NCBI RefSeq assembly: GCF_037042905.1
Contig: NC_087250.1
Span: forward strand, 21,640,001-21,704,000
Source: Lytechinus pictus
Lineage: Eukaryota
DNA length: 64,000 nt
Reading direction: 5' to 3'
A program made the translations under genes and the position numbers. Below the pieces are notes generated by a model that was not told where the DNA came from, did no database searches, and saw only the letters and a program-made list of their open reading frames with translations. This document shows positions 39,331 to 50,712 of the stretch, in pieces. Position 1 is the stretch's first letter; each line of letters opens with the position of its first letter.

Positions 39331-39607
39331 ATGGACGTGACGGCTCTACGCAACAAGCTCTCTCAACTCGGCCAAGATCATCTCCTAGAATTCTGGGATG
39401 ACCCCGACCTGACTGATGACCTCCGGAGGTCACTCTATACTGATATCACTGGCACCAACGTCGAGGAGGTTTTGAAGTTCTTTGAGACGTCGACAGCAAA
39501 CATGAATAACAGTGAGAAGGTGGATGAGAGGATGGAGCCGATCCCGTCAGAACTCTTCGGCTCCGTAACAAGGTCTGGAAAGAACCTGGATAGATGGTAC
39601 AAGGATG
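39331..39607 (+). CDS. UAP1: UAP1 coding exon 1 (MDVTALRNKL...DRWYKD/G)
   Basis: Acceptor ttctctgaacAG ends at 39322, ATG at 39331, donor G|GTAAG at 39608 (phase 1). GQDHLLEFW resembles the UAP1 N-terminal motif. Confidence 0.93.
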
Positions 39608-39649
39608 GTAAGAAAAGGTTCTACATTGGAATGTAATAATGCAAATTGT

Positions 39650-39855
39650 AATGATGATGGTGTGGTGATTATTGTTATGCTATAAATTACTGATGATGAT
39701 GATGATGACGATGATAATGATTACGGGTTTGATTAGGATCATGATTATGATACTACTACTACTAGTACTGGTGATGTTGATGATGATGAGCATAATTATG
39801 ATGAGCATGATGATGAGCATGATGATGATGAGCATGATGATGATGAGCATGATCA
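39650..39855. repeat. (GAT)n-rich microsatellite
   Basis: Degenerate GAT repeat in the intron after UAP1 coding exon 1. Confidence 0.9.
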
Positions 39856-40634
39856 CTAAATCACTAAATCCTTTCTGTAGAGTGCTCAAGGCGCATATAA
39901 CTGTTCTATTTCAATTTTCATAACTTCTTTATACTACATATATATATGTAGTATTAAGAAGTTATGAAAATTGAAATAGAACAGTTATTACGCACATTCT
40001 AATCAATTCGTAATCACAGTTTTTTTGTGTGAAAAATCCTCTGGTGTACTGTTGAAATAGGTTTAAAAAATACATAGGCCCGTATTCTTAACGCTGGTTT
40101 GAATTAAACTCTGATTTAAAGTTGTAGTTTAACTATGGAGAGCCATTTTGGGCACAAATCCCTATAAACAATACACATCAAATTTATTAGCTCATTTGAC
40201 ACTCATACTGTCCATAAATGATTGCTGAAGTATTTTTCTTCATTATGAAAGCAAAAGGAAACAAAATAGTTAACATATTAAGAGATATACAATATGAAAA
40301 TAATTTTTTGGCTCCCCATAATTCTAGTGCAGAATTAAACCTGACTTCAGAATAAGGGCCATAGTCTACAACTCTCACAAACATTGTAAAGGAACCACTC
40401 GATTCTTGTAGCCAATAGGTTACAGGGAATAATTGTGCTTCACAAATTTGAATAGCTTTTTTTGGTCAAAAGAGAAAAGCTCTCAACTATAAAAGTAGTG
40501 TACAGTCCTATGTGAACATTTGCTATACAAAAGACTGTATGTGTAGCATTCTTTAAAAATTGTGGAGCAAATTGTGATGCGACACCAGGAAATTTATTCC
40601 CTGGGTTAATAACTCCCGTTTCTCTATCTCCCAG

Positions 40635-40839
40635 GTTTAAAACAGATTTCCCAAGGCAAGGTCGGTGTTCTCCTTTTAGCCGGGGGTCAAGGTACGCGCC
40701 TAGGGGTCAAGTATCCCAAGGGAATGTTCAATGTGGGCCTGCCTTCAGAGAAGACCCTCTATCAGCTACAGGCTGAACGGATCCTAAAAGCGCAGGAACT
40801 TGCCCTGGAGTTAACAGGAGAGAAGGGGGTTATACCATG
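40635..40839 (+). CDS. UAP1: UAP1 coding exon 2 ([30 protein letters not shown]...GVIPW)
   Basis: ctcccAG acceptor and TG|GTAAG donor. Contains the [17 protein letters not shown] nucleotide-binding signature of UDP-sugar pyrophosphorylases. Confidence 0.97.
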
Positions 40840-40856
40840 GTAAGACAGGAGCCCTG

Positions 40857-41119
40857 GGCCCCATCTTACAAAGAGTTGCAAGATCCGATCGATCGCAACT
40901 ATGGACGGCCAGCAATATCAACATCTATTTGTTTGTTCAAAATATTTTCTAGCTATGATGTATATTCATGCATTCATCGTTGTCGTGAAAATTCATTGTG
41001 CTTCTCTTTGTTTGCAAAGGACATTGTGCACATTTCCTGTAGAGAAAATTATGACACTGATGGATTTCCATAGAGTTACGATTGATTGGATCAATAGTAA
41101 CTCTTTGTAAGACGGGGCC
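40857..41119. mobile_element. Harbinger-like ~265-bp MITE (other copies at about 41870-42112, 43065-43337 and 51175-51442)
   Basis: TIR GGCCCCGTCTTACAAAGAGTTAC with CWG 3-bp flanks. Confidence 0.8.
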
Positions 41120-42427
41120 CTGGAGTAAGGAATTGGTCTATGTAATGATACTAAGGTGTGTTTGCTCATTGAAATAAGGTGGGTGTTTCACAGAGCTGGT
41201 CGTAAGTTACGAGCAACTTTACGAACGACTGGTGATCCTTTCTTGTGGAAAATGATACACACCACATTTTCTTTGATGTTTGTTCAGCGCCTTAGAAAGG
41301 ATCACCAGTACTTTGTAAAGTCTCTCGTAAATTACAGTATAACATTAACAGCTTTATAAAACACAGGTCTTACAAAGTATTCTGATAATTAAACTGAGGT
41401 TTAATCCCTGTGTGTGTTAATAAAAGGTATTACTCTATGTATTATCTATACATATATATATTATATGAGTACATGTAAAATTTATAAAACAAAAGATTGT
41501 TGCTTTACATGTACCAATATATTAGGCCATTAACAAACGTGCAGTACATGTATGTACTCTTGTGATTTGAGAAAATACATTTATGCATGCAGTAAAACCA
41601 AACAAGGTCCATGCTCCTTGCATCTCTCCTTCAGGAATCAGAAAGCATCTTTTCATGATCAATCCACACATTATTCTTTTTGACAGTACAATGGGGAAAG
41701 CGGGAAGCCGCTATGGAAAAGACACACAGTGCCTTTATACTCTATAGCAGGATTCGTGACTGAAATGCATGACACAGAATTTTCAGAAGTTGCATTGAAA
41801 TGAATCAAGGTGCAATAAACACTGATCTCGTGAGAAAGCCTGCGAACCCAAGGTTAATTGTCATTACAGGGCTATGTCTTTACAAAGAGTTGTGATTGAT
41901 CTGATCAACCACAACTATGGAAAGCTGGCAATGCCATCATTTAAAATGCATGCTTGTTCAAAATTAAATATCTTCTAGATATGATGTATATTCATACATT
42001 CATAGTTTTCTTGAAAATTCGCTGTGCTTCTCGTAGTTTTCAAAGGACATTAATTGATTTCCACATACTTGAGGTTAATCAGATCAATCGTAGATCTTTG
42101 CAAGATGGGACCCAGATCTAGATCTGGTACACTCACATGAATTCAACTTTGTGAAATCACACAAAAAATCTAAGCTGAAAAATTATCAAACTGTATATCA
42201 CCAACACAGGTTAGCACAAATGGGACTTGCTTAGAAAAAGATCCAATATTTTGGCTGGAATACCGTAACTTTATATTGCTAATTCCTTAGCAATTACACA
42301 ATTTCTTGCAGAATACTTTGGCACATATATCAGACAGACACTTGGCTGGTACTTGTGATTCTGTACAAACTCATTCTGAAATTGTTACCACAACTGGCAT
42401 TTATCTTTATTTGTTTAATTTGTGTAG

Positions 42428-42603
42428 GTACATCATGACGAGTGAGCACACGAAGGGGCCAACAAGGGAGTTCTTCAAGCAGCACGACCACTTTGGTATC
42501 GGGGAAGACGATCTGGTTCTCTTTGAGCAGGAGATGCTTCCGTGTGTCTCCTTTGAGGGAAAGATCATCCTCGATCAGAAACACAAGATATCCAGAGCAC
42601 CAG
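42428..42603 (+). CDS. UAP1: UAP1 coding exon 3 (YIMTSEHT...FEQEMLPC...ISRAP)
   Basis: tgtgtAG acceptor and G|GTAAAT donor. WYIMTS and FEQxxLP motifs. Phases match neighbouring exons. Confidence 0.96.
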
Positions 42604-43462
42604 GTAAATCAAGGCAGAGACCAAATGAAATGGCCTATCAAGACCATCGTTGCATGCGCATTTTGCTCATTGGACTGTCTAGGAACCAATCAGAATTGTT
42701 CTTTCAAATGATTGATCAGTCACTAACCTTTGTGTTACGGGGCACAAATAAAGTAGCCTTTAATCTAGGTGGGGGCTGCAGCTATATTTTAATTGTTCTG
42801 TTAAACGTAAGCGATGTGGCGAGACTAACAGTGCAAAGTAACCACCACCTTTACTCTCTCATTGTGCTGTTAGTTTTTATTTATTGACTATGACACGGTT
42901 CAGAGTTTTCATTTTTTTTTAATGCCACCAGAAATTTGGTCTTTTTTTCGAAGCAATTATAATACACTGCTCCACATGTGCTCATCGGTGTTGGTGATCA
43001 TCAGTGGGGTCATTTTTGTTAGAGCGATCTCATGATTTCAGATAGTTTGATGTAAATGCACCTGGGCCCCGTCTTACAAAGAGTTACGATTGATCCGATC
43101 AATCATAACTCTATGGAAGTCCATCAGCGTCATAATTTTTTCTCCAGGATATTTCACAATGTCCTTTGTATAAACAAAGAGAAGAACAGTGAATTTTCAA
43201 GAAAACAATGAATGCCTGAAATATGCATCATAATTAGAAAATATTTTGAACAAAAATGCATAATAGATGTTGACGTTGCTGGCCGTCCATAGTTGCGATT
43301 GATCAGAACAATCGTAACTCTTTGTAAGACGGGGGCCCAGATCTAGTGCTACCATGTTTTAAAACTTTCTCATGAAATCACTGTTTACTGCAGCTATTTT
43401 CCTATCACTTTAACAAGTATGCTCTTTTTAATTATTATTATTATTGCTGTTATTATTACATT

Positions 43463-43559
43463 GGAAGGGAGGTCTTTACCGTGCTTTTAAAAGGGAACTC
43501 TAAGATCCTGGATGATATAGAGAGACGAGGCATCACGTACGCTCATATCTACTGCATTG
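43463..43559 (+). pseudogene. Decayed partial duplicate of UAP1 exon 4
   Basis: ggaggtctttaccgtgc...taagatcctggatgatatagagagacgaggcatcacgtacgctcatatctactgcattg aligns to the first ~95 nt of exon 4 with an indel. No AG acceptor. Confidence 0.88.
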
Positions 43560-43605
43560 TTACCATTGTTATTGTTGTTGTTACTCTTATTTTTATTGTT
43601 ATAAG

Positions 43606-43778
43606 ACGGGAATGGAGGTCTTTACCGTGCCTTGGGTAACTGTAAGATCCTGGATGACATGGAGAGACGAGGTGTCACCTACGTTCATGTCTACTGCGTT
43701 GATAACATCCTTGTCAAAATGGCCGATCCTACCTTCATCGGATTCTGTATTGACAAAGGGGCCAACTGTGGAGCCAAG
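43606..43778 (+). CDS. UAP1: UAP1 coding exon 4 ([10 protein letters not shown]...[21 protein letters not shown]...CGAK)
   Basis: taAG acceptor and AAG|GTAAG donor. PDGNGG and YCVDN motifs. Confidence 0.97.
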
Positions 43779-43829
43779 GTAAGAAATTATAATTTGTTTC
43801 ATTTATGTTTTGTTTCCGTTTTGCAGGAA

Positions 43830-44054
43830 GCAGGCATGGTGGTTCAGTGGTAGAGCTTCCTCCTCATGAACGTGGGTTCGTTCCCCGGCTGACTTGTTCT
43901 ATAGATTTTTGAAAATGGGATCTTCTGCCTTCCTGCTAGGGGCTCAGCATTTAAATTGGAGAAGGGTAATAATAACATATTATGCAGGGTCCGCTGGTAG
44001 AGCAGTTTCCTAAATGAAGTGGCTATCCTCAGCCAATAAAAATTTATTATTATT
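43830..44054 (+). mobile_element. tRNA-derived SINE with (ATT)n tail
   Basis: TGGTTCAGTGGTAGAGC A-box and GGTTCGTTCCCC B-box. A related tail lies in reverse orientation at about 38940-39040. Confidence 0.65.
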
Positions 44055-44366
44055 CAGGGTTCCTGAAGTCATGGAAAATCCTTGAATCATATGGAAAGTC
44101 AGGGAATTCGGAAAATTTGTGAAAAGTCATGGAATTGCATTTACCTCTTGGCTCTGGCAGCTTTCCAGATTGTCGTGTCTCGCAACTCTCGTATTCTGTG
44201 ATCATACTCTGCTATTATAATTGGTGTTCATGATTGCCATTTTCCCAGTTTTGTGACATCCCAAACTCTACATAACTCCCGGGACGTCATTGGAAGTCAT
44301 GGAAAGCAGCAATTTAGTCATGGAAAAGTCATGGAATTCTGTTTTCAAATTTCTGTGGGAACCCTG
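44055..44366. mobile_element. hAT-like MITE (copy at about 62045-62337; related family at about 13297-14053 and 55270-55621)
   Basis: CAGGGTTCC...GGAACCCTG termini and internal GTCATGGAA repeats. Confidence 0.65.
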
Positions 44367-44645
44367 ATTATTATTTGTTGTATTTTCATCATCATGCCAT
44401 GGATTTGTCAATAATTTTGTTTTTTGCATCGTTTGATGCTACAGGCTGGGATGTTTCATCATCATCTGCTGTAATCTTCAAAGGGCTCTGCAGCCTATCT
44501 CGAAGATGTTTAAAAATATTATTTACAGCCATCTTACAATTTCTAGTGTTGGACATCAACATGTCAGAAGAGAAGCGAAGATGGGTCTTTAAAATTGTAT
44601 GGGCAGCTGCTGTAGATCTGAAACTTTAATCTCTTTCTTTGTTAG

Positions 44646-44764
44646 GTCATCAAGAAGGCCTACCCAACTGAGCCTGTGGGGACTGATTTTAGGGTTGACG
44701 GACCGAATGGGGGGAGATTGAGTTTAGTGAGATCACGCTACCATCGGCAGAGAAGAGAAGTGAG
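44646..44764 (+). pseudogene. Decayed partial duplicate of UAP1 exon 5 with intact acceptor
   Basis: ctttctttgttAG|GTCATCAAGAAGGCCTACCCAACTGAGCCTGTGGGG...AGTGAGATCACGCTACCATCGGCAGAGAAGAGAAGTGA aligns to exon 5, with a frameshift mid-way. Confidence 0.9.
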
Positions 44765-44950
44765 AAAAGTTGATAATAGGGTAATACTATCCAAGTCGTT
44801 TGGAAGCGCATAGGGACGTTATTAAATAATGTGATATGCGGTATACAAGAACTGCGTTTTTATTATTGGCTGACATTCTAGGTGTGACAGCCACTTCATA
44901 TCTAAAACTTCCTCTTTTTCTAATTCATTCTTTATCTGTGTGTTTGTTAG

Positions 44951-45144
44951 GTCGTTGAGAAGGCCTACCCAACCGAACCTGTCGGGGTTGTTTGTAGGGT
45001 CGATGGGCAGTACCAGGTCGTCGAGTACAGTGAGATCACGCTACCAACGGCTGAGAAGAGAAGTGAAGATGGTCGACTGACGTTCAGCGCCGGTAACATC
45101 TGCAATCATTTCTTCACCATCGAATTCCTCAAGTCTGTAGTCAA
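44951..45144 (+). CDS. UAP1: UAP1 coding exon 5 ([15 protein letters not shown]...VVEYSEI...AGNICNHFF...)
   Basis: tttgttAG acceptor and AA|GTAAGT donor. EPVGV, VEYSE and GNICNHFF motifs. Confidence 0.97.
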
Positions 45145-45191
45145 GTAAGTGTGTTGATCATTCTCAAAGTGATATAAATATTCCTCTTTAA

Positions 45192-45957
45192 CCGTGTAGG
45201 CCGGGGTATTTTGGGAGTTCATATGGCTGCGGGGGGCTCCCAGGACCTCCTTGAGATCTCGGCTGGTGACAGCGCGATCGCGCCAAAAATCGGCACGCAG
45301 GTTGTCTGGGACATAATCTACAAAACTGTATAGTAATTTATTCATGTGAATTGCTATTAAGTGATTATGCTAATTTATGCATAATTAGTATGCGAAATCA
45401 TTCTTTTCCCTCTATCTCCCTAAATAAAGTTCCAAATGTTCTAATTTTTGGTACAAAAACTCTTTCTGGTGTTCTTAGCAAGTATACCGGTACATGAAAA
45501 AAAATTGCGATATTGGATCAATTTCTTATGTATTATATTGTTTTTTGCAATTTCTTTAAATGTGTTTCTTCGTTTTTTTTTCACCTTTTGTTTTTCATTT
45601 TATTTTCAATGGAATTTGTTTGGGACTCTTCTTAGATCATAAACAGCATAAAATAAATACATTTAGACCAGTAAAACTAAAAATAATCATACATTTATGA
45701 TATTTAATTGAAAAAACAATTTGCATTGACTTTGTACATGAAATCACGTTTTTGAGCAATTTTTGGTCCAACATGCACTTTTATAATATTGCGTAATTTA
45801 GGAACCGTGTACCCGGGTGACGCAAAATTGGTCTCAATAGTTGCGCAAGACTTGAAAGTAAAAAGTCAGCGAGTTGTGCGGTAAACAAATTAAGCGTGGC
45901 GAAAATATTGCGTGAAGCGATGAGGGGGGCCTCCAAGGCCCCCCGTCCTGGATAGGG
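45192..45957. mobile_element. piggyBac-like MITE
   Basis: TTAA|CC...GGG|TTAA. A related inverted copy lies at 60007-60677. Confidence 0.72.
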
Positions 45958-46783
45958 TTAATGTATAGCCCTTAATATATTGGAACAACCCGTCTAAGCT
46001 CTTACCAGATAATGCTATTTGCCCCATTGGATCCTGACTTGCACTATCTCCACTCTTGAAGGAGCAGTTCAGCAAGAGTTTCAAGACTCCGTTTCTAGGC
46101 AAACTGCATTGACGTTCCCATGTATTAACTCCTGGGTGGAGAGAGGCAAAGTGCACATTTATGCCTTGCCAAAGAACACATAGGCCCGTATTCTGAAGTT
46201 AGGTTTAACTTAGACCACGGTCTAACTCTGCTAAAATTATGGGAAGCCAAAAGTGTCAAAATTTTTATCAAGTTCTATGTTTCTTATGTTTACTGTGCTC
46301 TTTCCTGATCCATCCATGGTGAAGGCAATAATCTTTTTATACTTCCTAGACAATTATGAATGATTTGAGAGCCAGATGAGCTGAAATATGATATATCTAC
46401 TGTTAGTGATTTATGTTACAATCGGCTATTCGTACCACAACTTTAAACCTGAGTTTAAGTTAAACCCGACTTCAGAATACGGGCCAAAATTTGTTGTGGA
46501 AGGGATAAAAACAAAAAAAAAGATTTTGACCATTAAATTTTGTTATGATAGTTAGGATTATTTACTTGAGAAAAATATTAAATTTTTATTTTAGTTATTA
46601 TTTTATCATAAGTCATAAATTCCCATGTTTAGGGTGTTATATAATGGAAAAAAATATGATGATAAATGTGCTTTTTACCTTCAAGAGAGTTCATATTTCT
46701 GTGTTTGTATGCTATCCCTGTGTATTTCCCCCTTCCCCCTTTTCATTCTGCTATTAATTGGTTTTTAATCTTGTTTTTAATAG

Positions 46784-46924
46784 TGAGAATGAATCAAGAC
46801 TACGACATCATGTGGCCAAGAAGAAGATTCCATTCATCGATGGGGAAGGCAAGCGCATCACACCGGAGAAGCCAAACGGGATTAAGATGGAGAAGTTTGT
46901 TTTTGATGTCTTCAGATTTTCAAA
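46784..46924 (+). CDS. UAP1: UAP1 coding exon 6 ([17 protein letters not shown]...[17 protein letters not shown])
   Basis: ttaatAG acceptor and AA|GTAAT donor. HVAKKKIP and [13 protein letters not shown] motifs. Confidence 0.96.
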
Positions 46925-48279
46925 GTAATACTTGATAATATTCATGATGTCTTTCCATGTACTTTGTTTCATATTATATGCACCACTAATATTCGTTATA
47001 ATTGTGGGCTATGTTATGTGAGTCAACCAACTCTTACATGCTAGTTGTGGTAACGATCTCAAAATGACTTTTTACAGAATCCAATATAATGACCACCCAA
47101 GTGTCTGTTTGTATGAATAAAAAATGTGCTAAAGGATTCTGGAAGAAATTATGTAATTGCTGAGAAATAAGCAAAATAAACGCGGATTCGGGCACTTCCG
47201 TCTGGTCTGTTTTCCAATGGCAAAAAGAAGCTGCTGAAAACTGCTTATCTAATAAAAGAGAGCCAATGGAGTAAATTAGAAAGTCAAATAATAGTATACA
47301 CTGTCCCACATGTGCCTATCTGTGTTAGCGATCTTCAGTGTGATCGTTTTTTGGCTTAGATTTTATGATTTCACAAAGTTCAGTTTATGTAACTGTACCA
47401 GATCTAGATCCACGATGATATCGTAATACTTAATCTTGGTTTTACAGACTTTCTCACAAAATCAGTGTTTTAATGCAACTACTTTCATTTAGCTTTAAGT
47501 GTAATAGATACCCAACTTGCTATTTCCTGTAACACACACCACGAGTGAGAATTGAAAAATTAAATAAGTATTGAACGGAATAGTGAATCCAAGCGCGGGT
47601 AAAAATAAGGTTTAGTCAGTAGACCTTTAAGTCTGATCCCAAGAAAACTTGTGTGTAAATGAGACATTAATAGTAGTTTCTGGGTCCCGTAACGCAAAGC
47701 TTAGCAATGATCGTAGAACATTTTTCTATGATTGAATGCTATTACGACAATATATAATCAATCGTAAAATCAAGTGTACGATTAATCGCTAACCTTTGTC
47801 TTATGGAGCCCTAGTGTTGAAAGACAAAGTGCCATTTTAATTGGTGCTTATTCCAATAAATTTCCTGTTATTGAAAGTCTGAAAAAATCTGAAACATGTT
47901 TAAGTGAAGGAAAGACTGATGACTACAAATATTTTTTTTAAAGTAGATTTTTCACCTCTAGCTAGTTATTCTTTCAGACTAACAAATATTATTGTTGCCT
48001 TCCCGCACAAAGGCTGTTAGCGCGTAGTGTTCATTGCACGATAACGGCCCTTTCGCAGGAAGGCGACGTTATATTCCTGCCTTAAGATTATTGCATTGAG
48101 AGTATCAACAAGGATACCAAGAAATACTAAGAATTCAAACATTTCCCATGAAATAAATAATTTTCCTTGCTGACATCAATCATAATTATTTTTTCCCTTT
48201 AGAAAAAGTGAACTATTCGATTTTCTGACCCCAGTGCTTCATATTAAGTCTTTAAAGTCTTTTTGGTCGTTTTCCTCAG

Positions 48280-48465
48280 TAATTTTGCAGTTTTTGAGGT
48301 CTTGAGGGAGGACGAGTTCTCTCCACTGAAGAACAGCACAAAGTCAGAAAAGGACAACCCAACCACGGCTAGACACGCCCTCCTATCCTTACACCATAGA
48401 TGGGTGTTAAACGCCGGCGGTAACTTCATCGACTCTGACGGGACACCCATCCCGGCTATTCCAAG
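48280..48465 (+). CDS. UAP1: UAP1 coding exon 7 ([18 protein letters not shown]...GTPIPAIP)
   Basis: ttcctcAG acceptor and AG|GTAAT donor. [10 protein letters not shown] motif. Confidence 0.96.
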
Positions 48466-50280
48466 GTAATTCTGTGAGCTTAAATATTCCTAAATTAATC
48501 CTTGAGCGATTGGATTGCTTAAAGCTGTTGGAAGCTTTTATGAGAGTATGTTTTTCTCCGAACTAATTTTGTCATTACACATCCCTAAGTGTTCCTTGCG
48601 CAGCCCACCTGTTAAAAACCATTGTTAGCTCTTGAACCTGTTGGACATTCGAGCCCTCATATTGTGTATACAGGCTCAGTCTCCCAAGGGTCAAGTTATG
48701 ATGGTATATTTTCCTTCAAACTAATGTCATCATTTTACTTCCTAAAGTGTTCCCTGTGCAACTTGCCTGTTCAAAGCTTGTGGTATCTCTCTGAATGAGT
48801 TGAGTATGACTTATACCCTGTTTAGATCTACCACCAAACGCAAAGTAACCTACATGTAGGAGGCTAACGTAGGATGTCCTTTGTCCACAGGAGATCTTAA
48901 CGTTCTCGGCACAAAGCACGAATCTTAGGTAATTGCATGGTAAATATTACCCCAGAAAGTCTAGCACAATCGCAAGGTCACATGGCGTGATCCACTGTTG
49001 GACTGTAGATCTAAACAGTGTCAGTGCAAACTCTACATAGAAAACGGATGTCCTTTAATATCTGAGCGATCGTTGTGCAGCGCGTGCTTTCCCCCTTGAT
49101 TGACATTTTACCATGACAACGCAATCTGCGAGTCCAAAGGGAGACGATGTACCTCGCGATTACCGCACATGATCTAAACGACCCGAATGTGCACCTCGTG
49201 TTTTGATAAGGAATTTTTTTCGTGTTCGCTCCAGACAATTGTCTGGTGAGACACCAGAGAGAGATCTAAATTGGGTATTAGAGTCATGCTAAACCACTGG
49301 CGCACATGCCCTGTCTTGTCTATACTGCACCAACCCTGTCGCAACTGGGCTTTAGACGTGCAGTCCTCTTATGGGCAATTCCATAAAATATGTACGTCCG
49401 CCCCCTGTATGTGGGACCTTCATGAAATTTTCTGTCTCTGATTTCTGGTTCTTTTGACAGTCCGCAATGTTCTCAAAGGACCATGACTTGGGTCAGTTTA
49501 TGAAGTGAAGTAAATCAAGTAAGACTTGACAGAAATGGGGGTCGGATGTACAAAAAGGGTGATCGTTTTATGGAATTGCCCTCATGCATGCATTTGCAAT
49601 TAAAATTTGGTGGCTGATTAGCAGGACTTAAAGGTCTTACTGGCAGATGAAGATTAGAAGGCAGTAAATTCCAGGCGGGTATCATTCTTTGGTGTAGTGA
49701 GTTCCTTATTGATCAGTACGCAGTAACATGTGTCCTAGCATAATTACTTGACCAATGTGGTGTTTCATTTTATACCTCATGAAACTTGAAATTAAAGTGC
49801 AAATCTAAGCCTAAATAATCTCTTTGTGTAGAACACTCCCTCCCCCTTCCCCTGGTACGGCAGTCCCTTCATGTTAACATATTGTAGATAAATGCAATGA
49901 TAACACAATATACATGTAGGACTCTGTGATCCGGCTTCATGTCTCACCCTGATCCAGCGGGTAGCATATGTTCATATTTTCTCTTTTTTTTAAAAACCTT
50001 ATCCTATATGTGATTGCTGGCTGAGACTCAGTCCTTGATGGGCTAATCTTGCCAATCTTTGGGTGACACAACATTTACTCTTGCGACATTTGCTCTGATC
50101 TTAATATCTCGGAGGGCAGAGGGCTAGAGCTAGGATTGTAATAGAGTTTTGGGGTTCAGAATAATGTAAAGATAAGGAGTAGGGTTTATATAGTTTTGGA
50201 GGTTAGGTTTTATGTTTGGCTTAACGCGCAGATTCTCCATCGGTGCAATTGTCTGCGGAGCAAATTTCATTGGAACCAAT

Positions 50281-50712
50281 GGCCCGAATTCACAAAGGTG
50301 GTTTTGAAATCCCAAGGTTGAATCCATGGTTTGTGCAGATATCCTGTATAAATTACGCTTAATTTAGCACGTATTGAGCGCTTGTATAAAAATGTCCAAT
50401 GTTGATGCACGCTTTTGTCACATTGCGCCAAATTGATGCCTGTTACCATAGTTAGATACGCTATTTTATTCATGAGTCCACTGTTGAAGAGTGGACTCAT
50501 TAATAAAAACAGTGGATTCATGAATAAAATATCGTGGATAACCACAGCAACAAGCGTCAATTTGGCGCACTGTGACAAAAGCGCGCATCAGCATTGGAAA
50601 TTTTTATACACGCACCCGATACGCGCTAAATTAAGCGTAATTTATTTAGGAAATCTGCATAAACCATGGACTCAACAGTGGGTTTTCAAAACCACCTTCG
50701 TGAATTCGGGCC
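50281..50712. mobile_element. Palindromic Harbinger-like MITE nested within an older inverted-repeat element (about 50041-50839)
   Basis: AAT|GGCCCGAATTCAC...GTGAATTCGGGCC|AAT. Almost the entire element is self-complementary. Outer arms at 50041-50133 and 50745-50839. Confidence 0.85.

Noticed and set aside
42306..42887. 193-aa single-exon ORF
   Set aside because: Only 42428-42603 is the UAP1 exon, and the rest is intron read-through.
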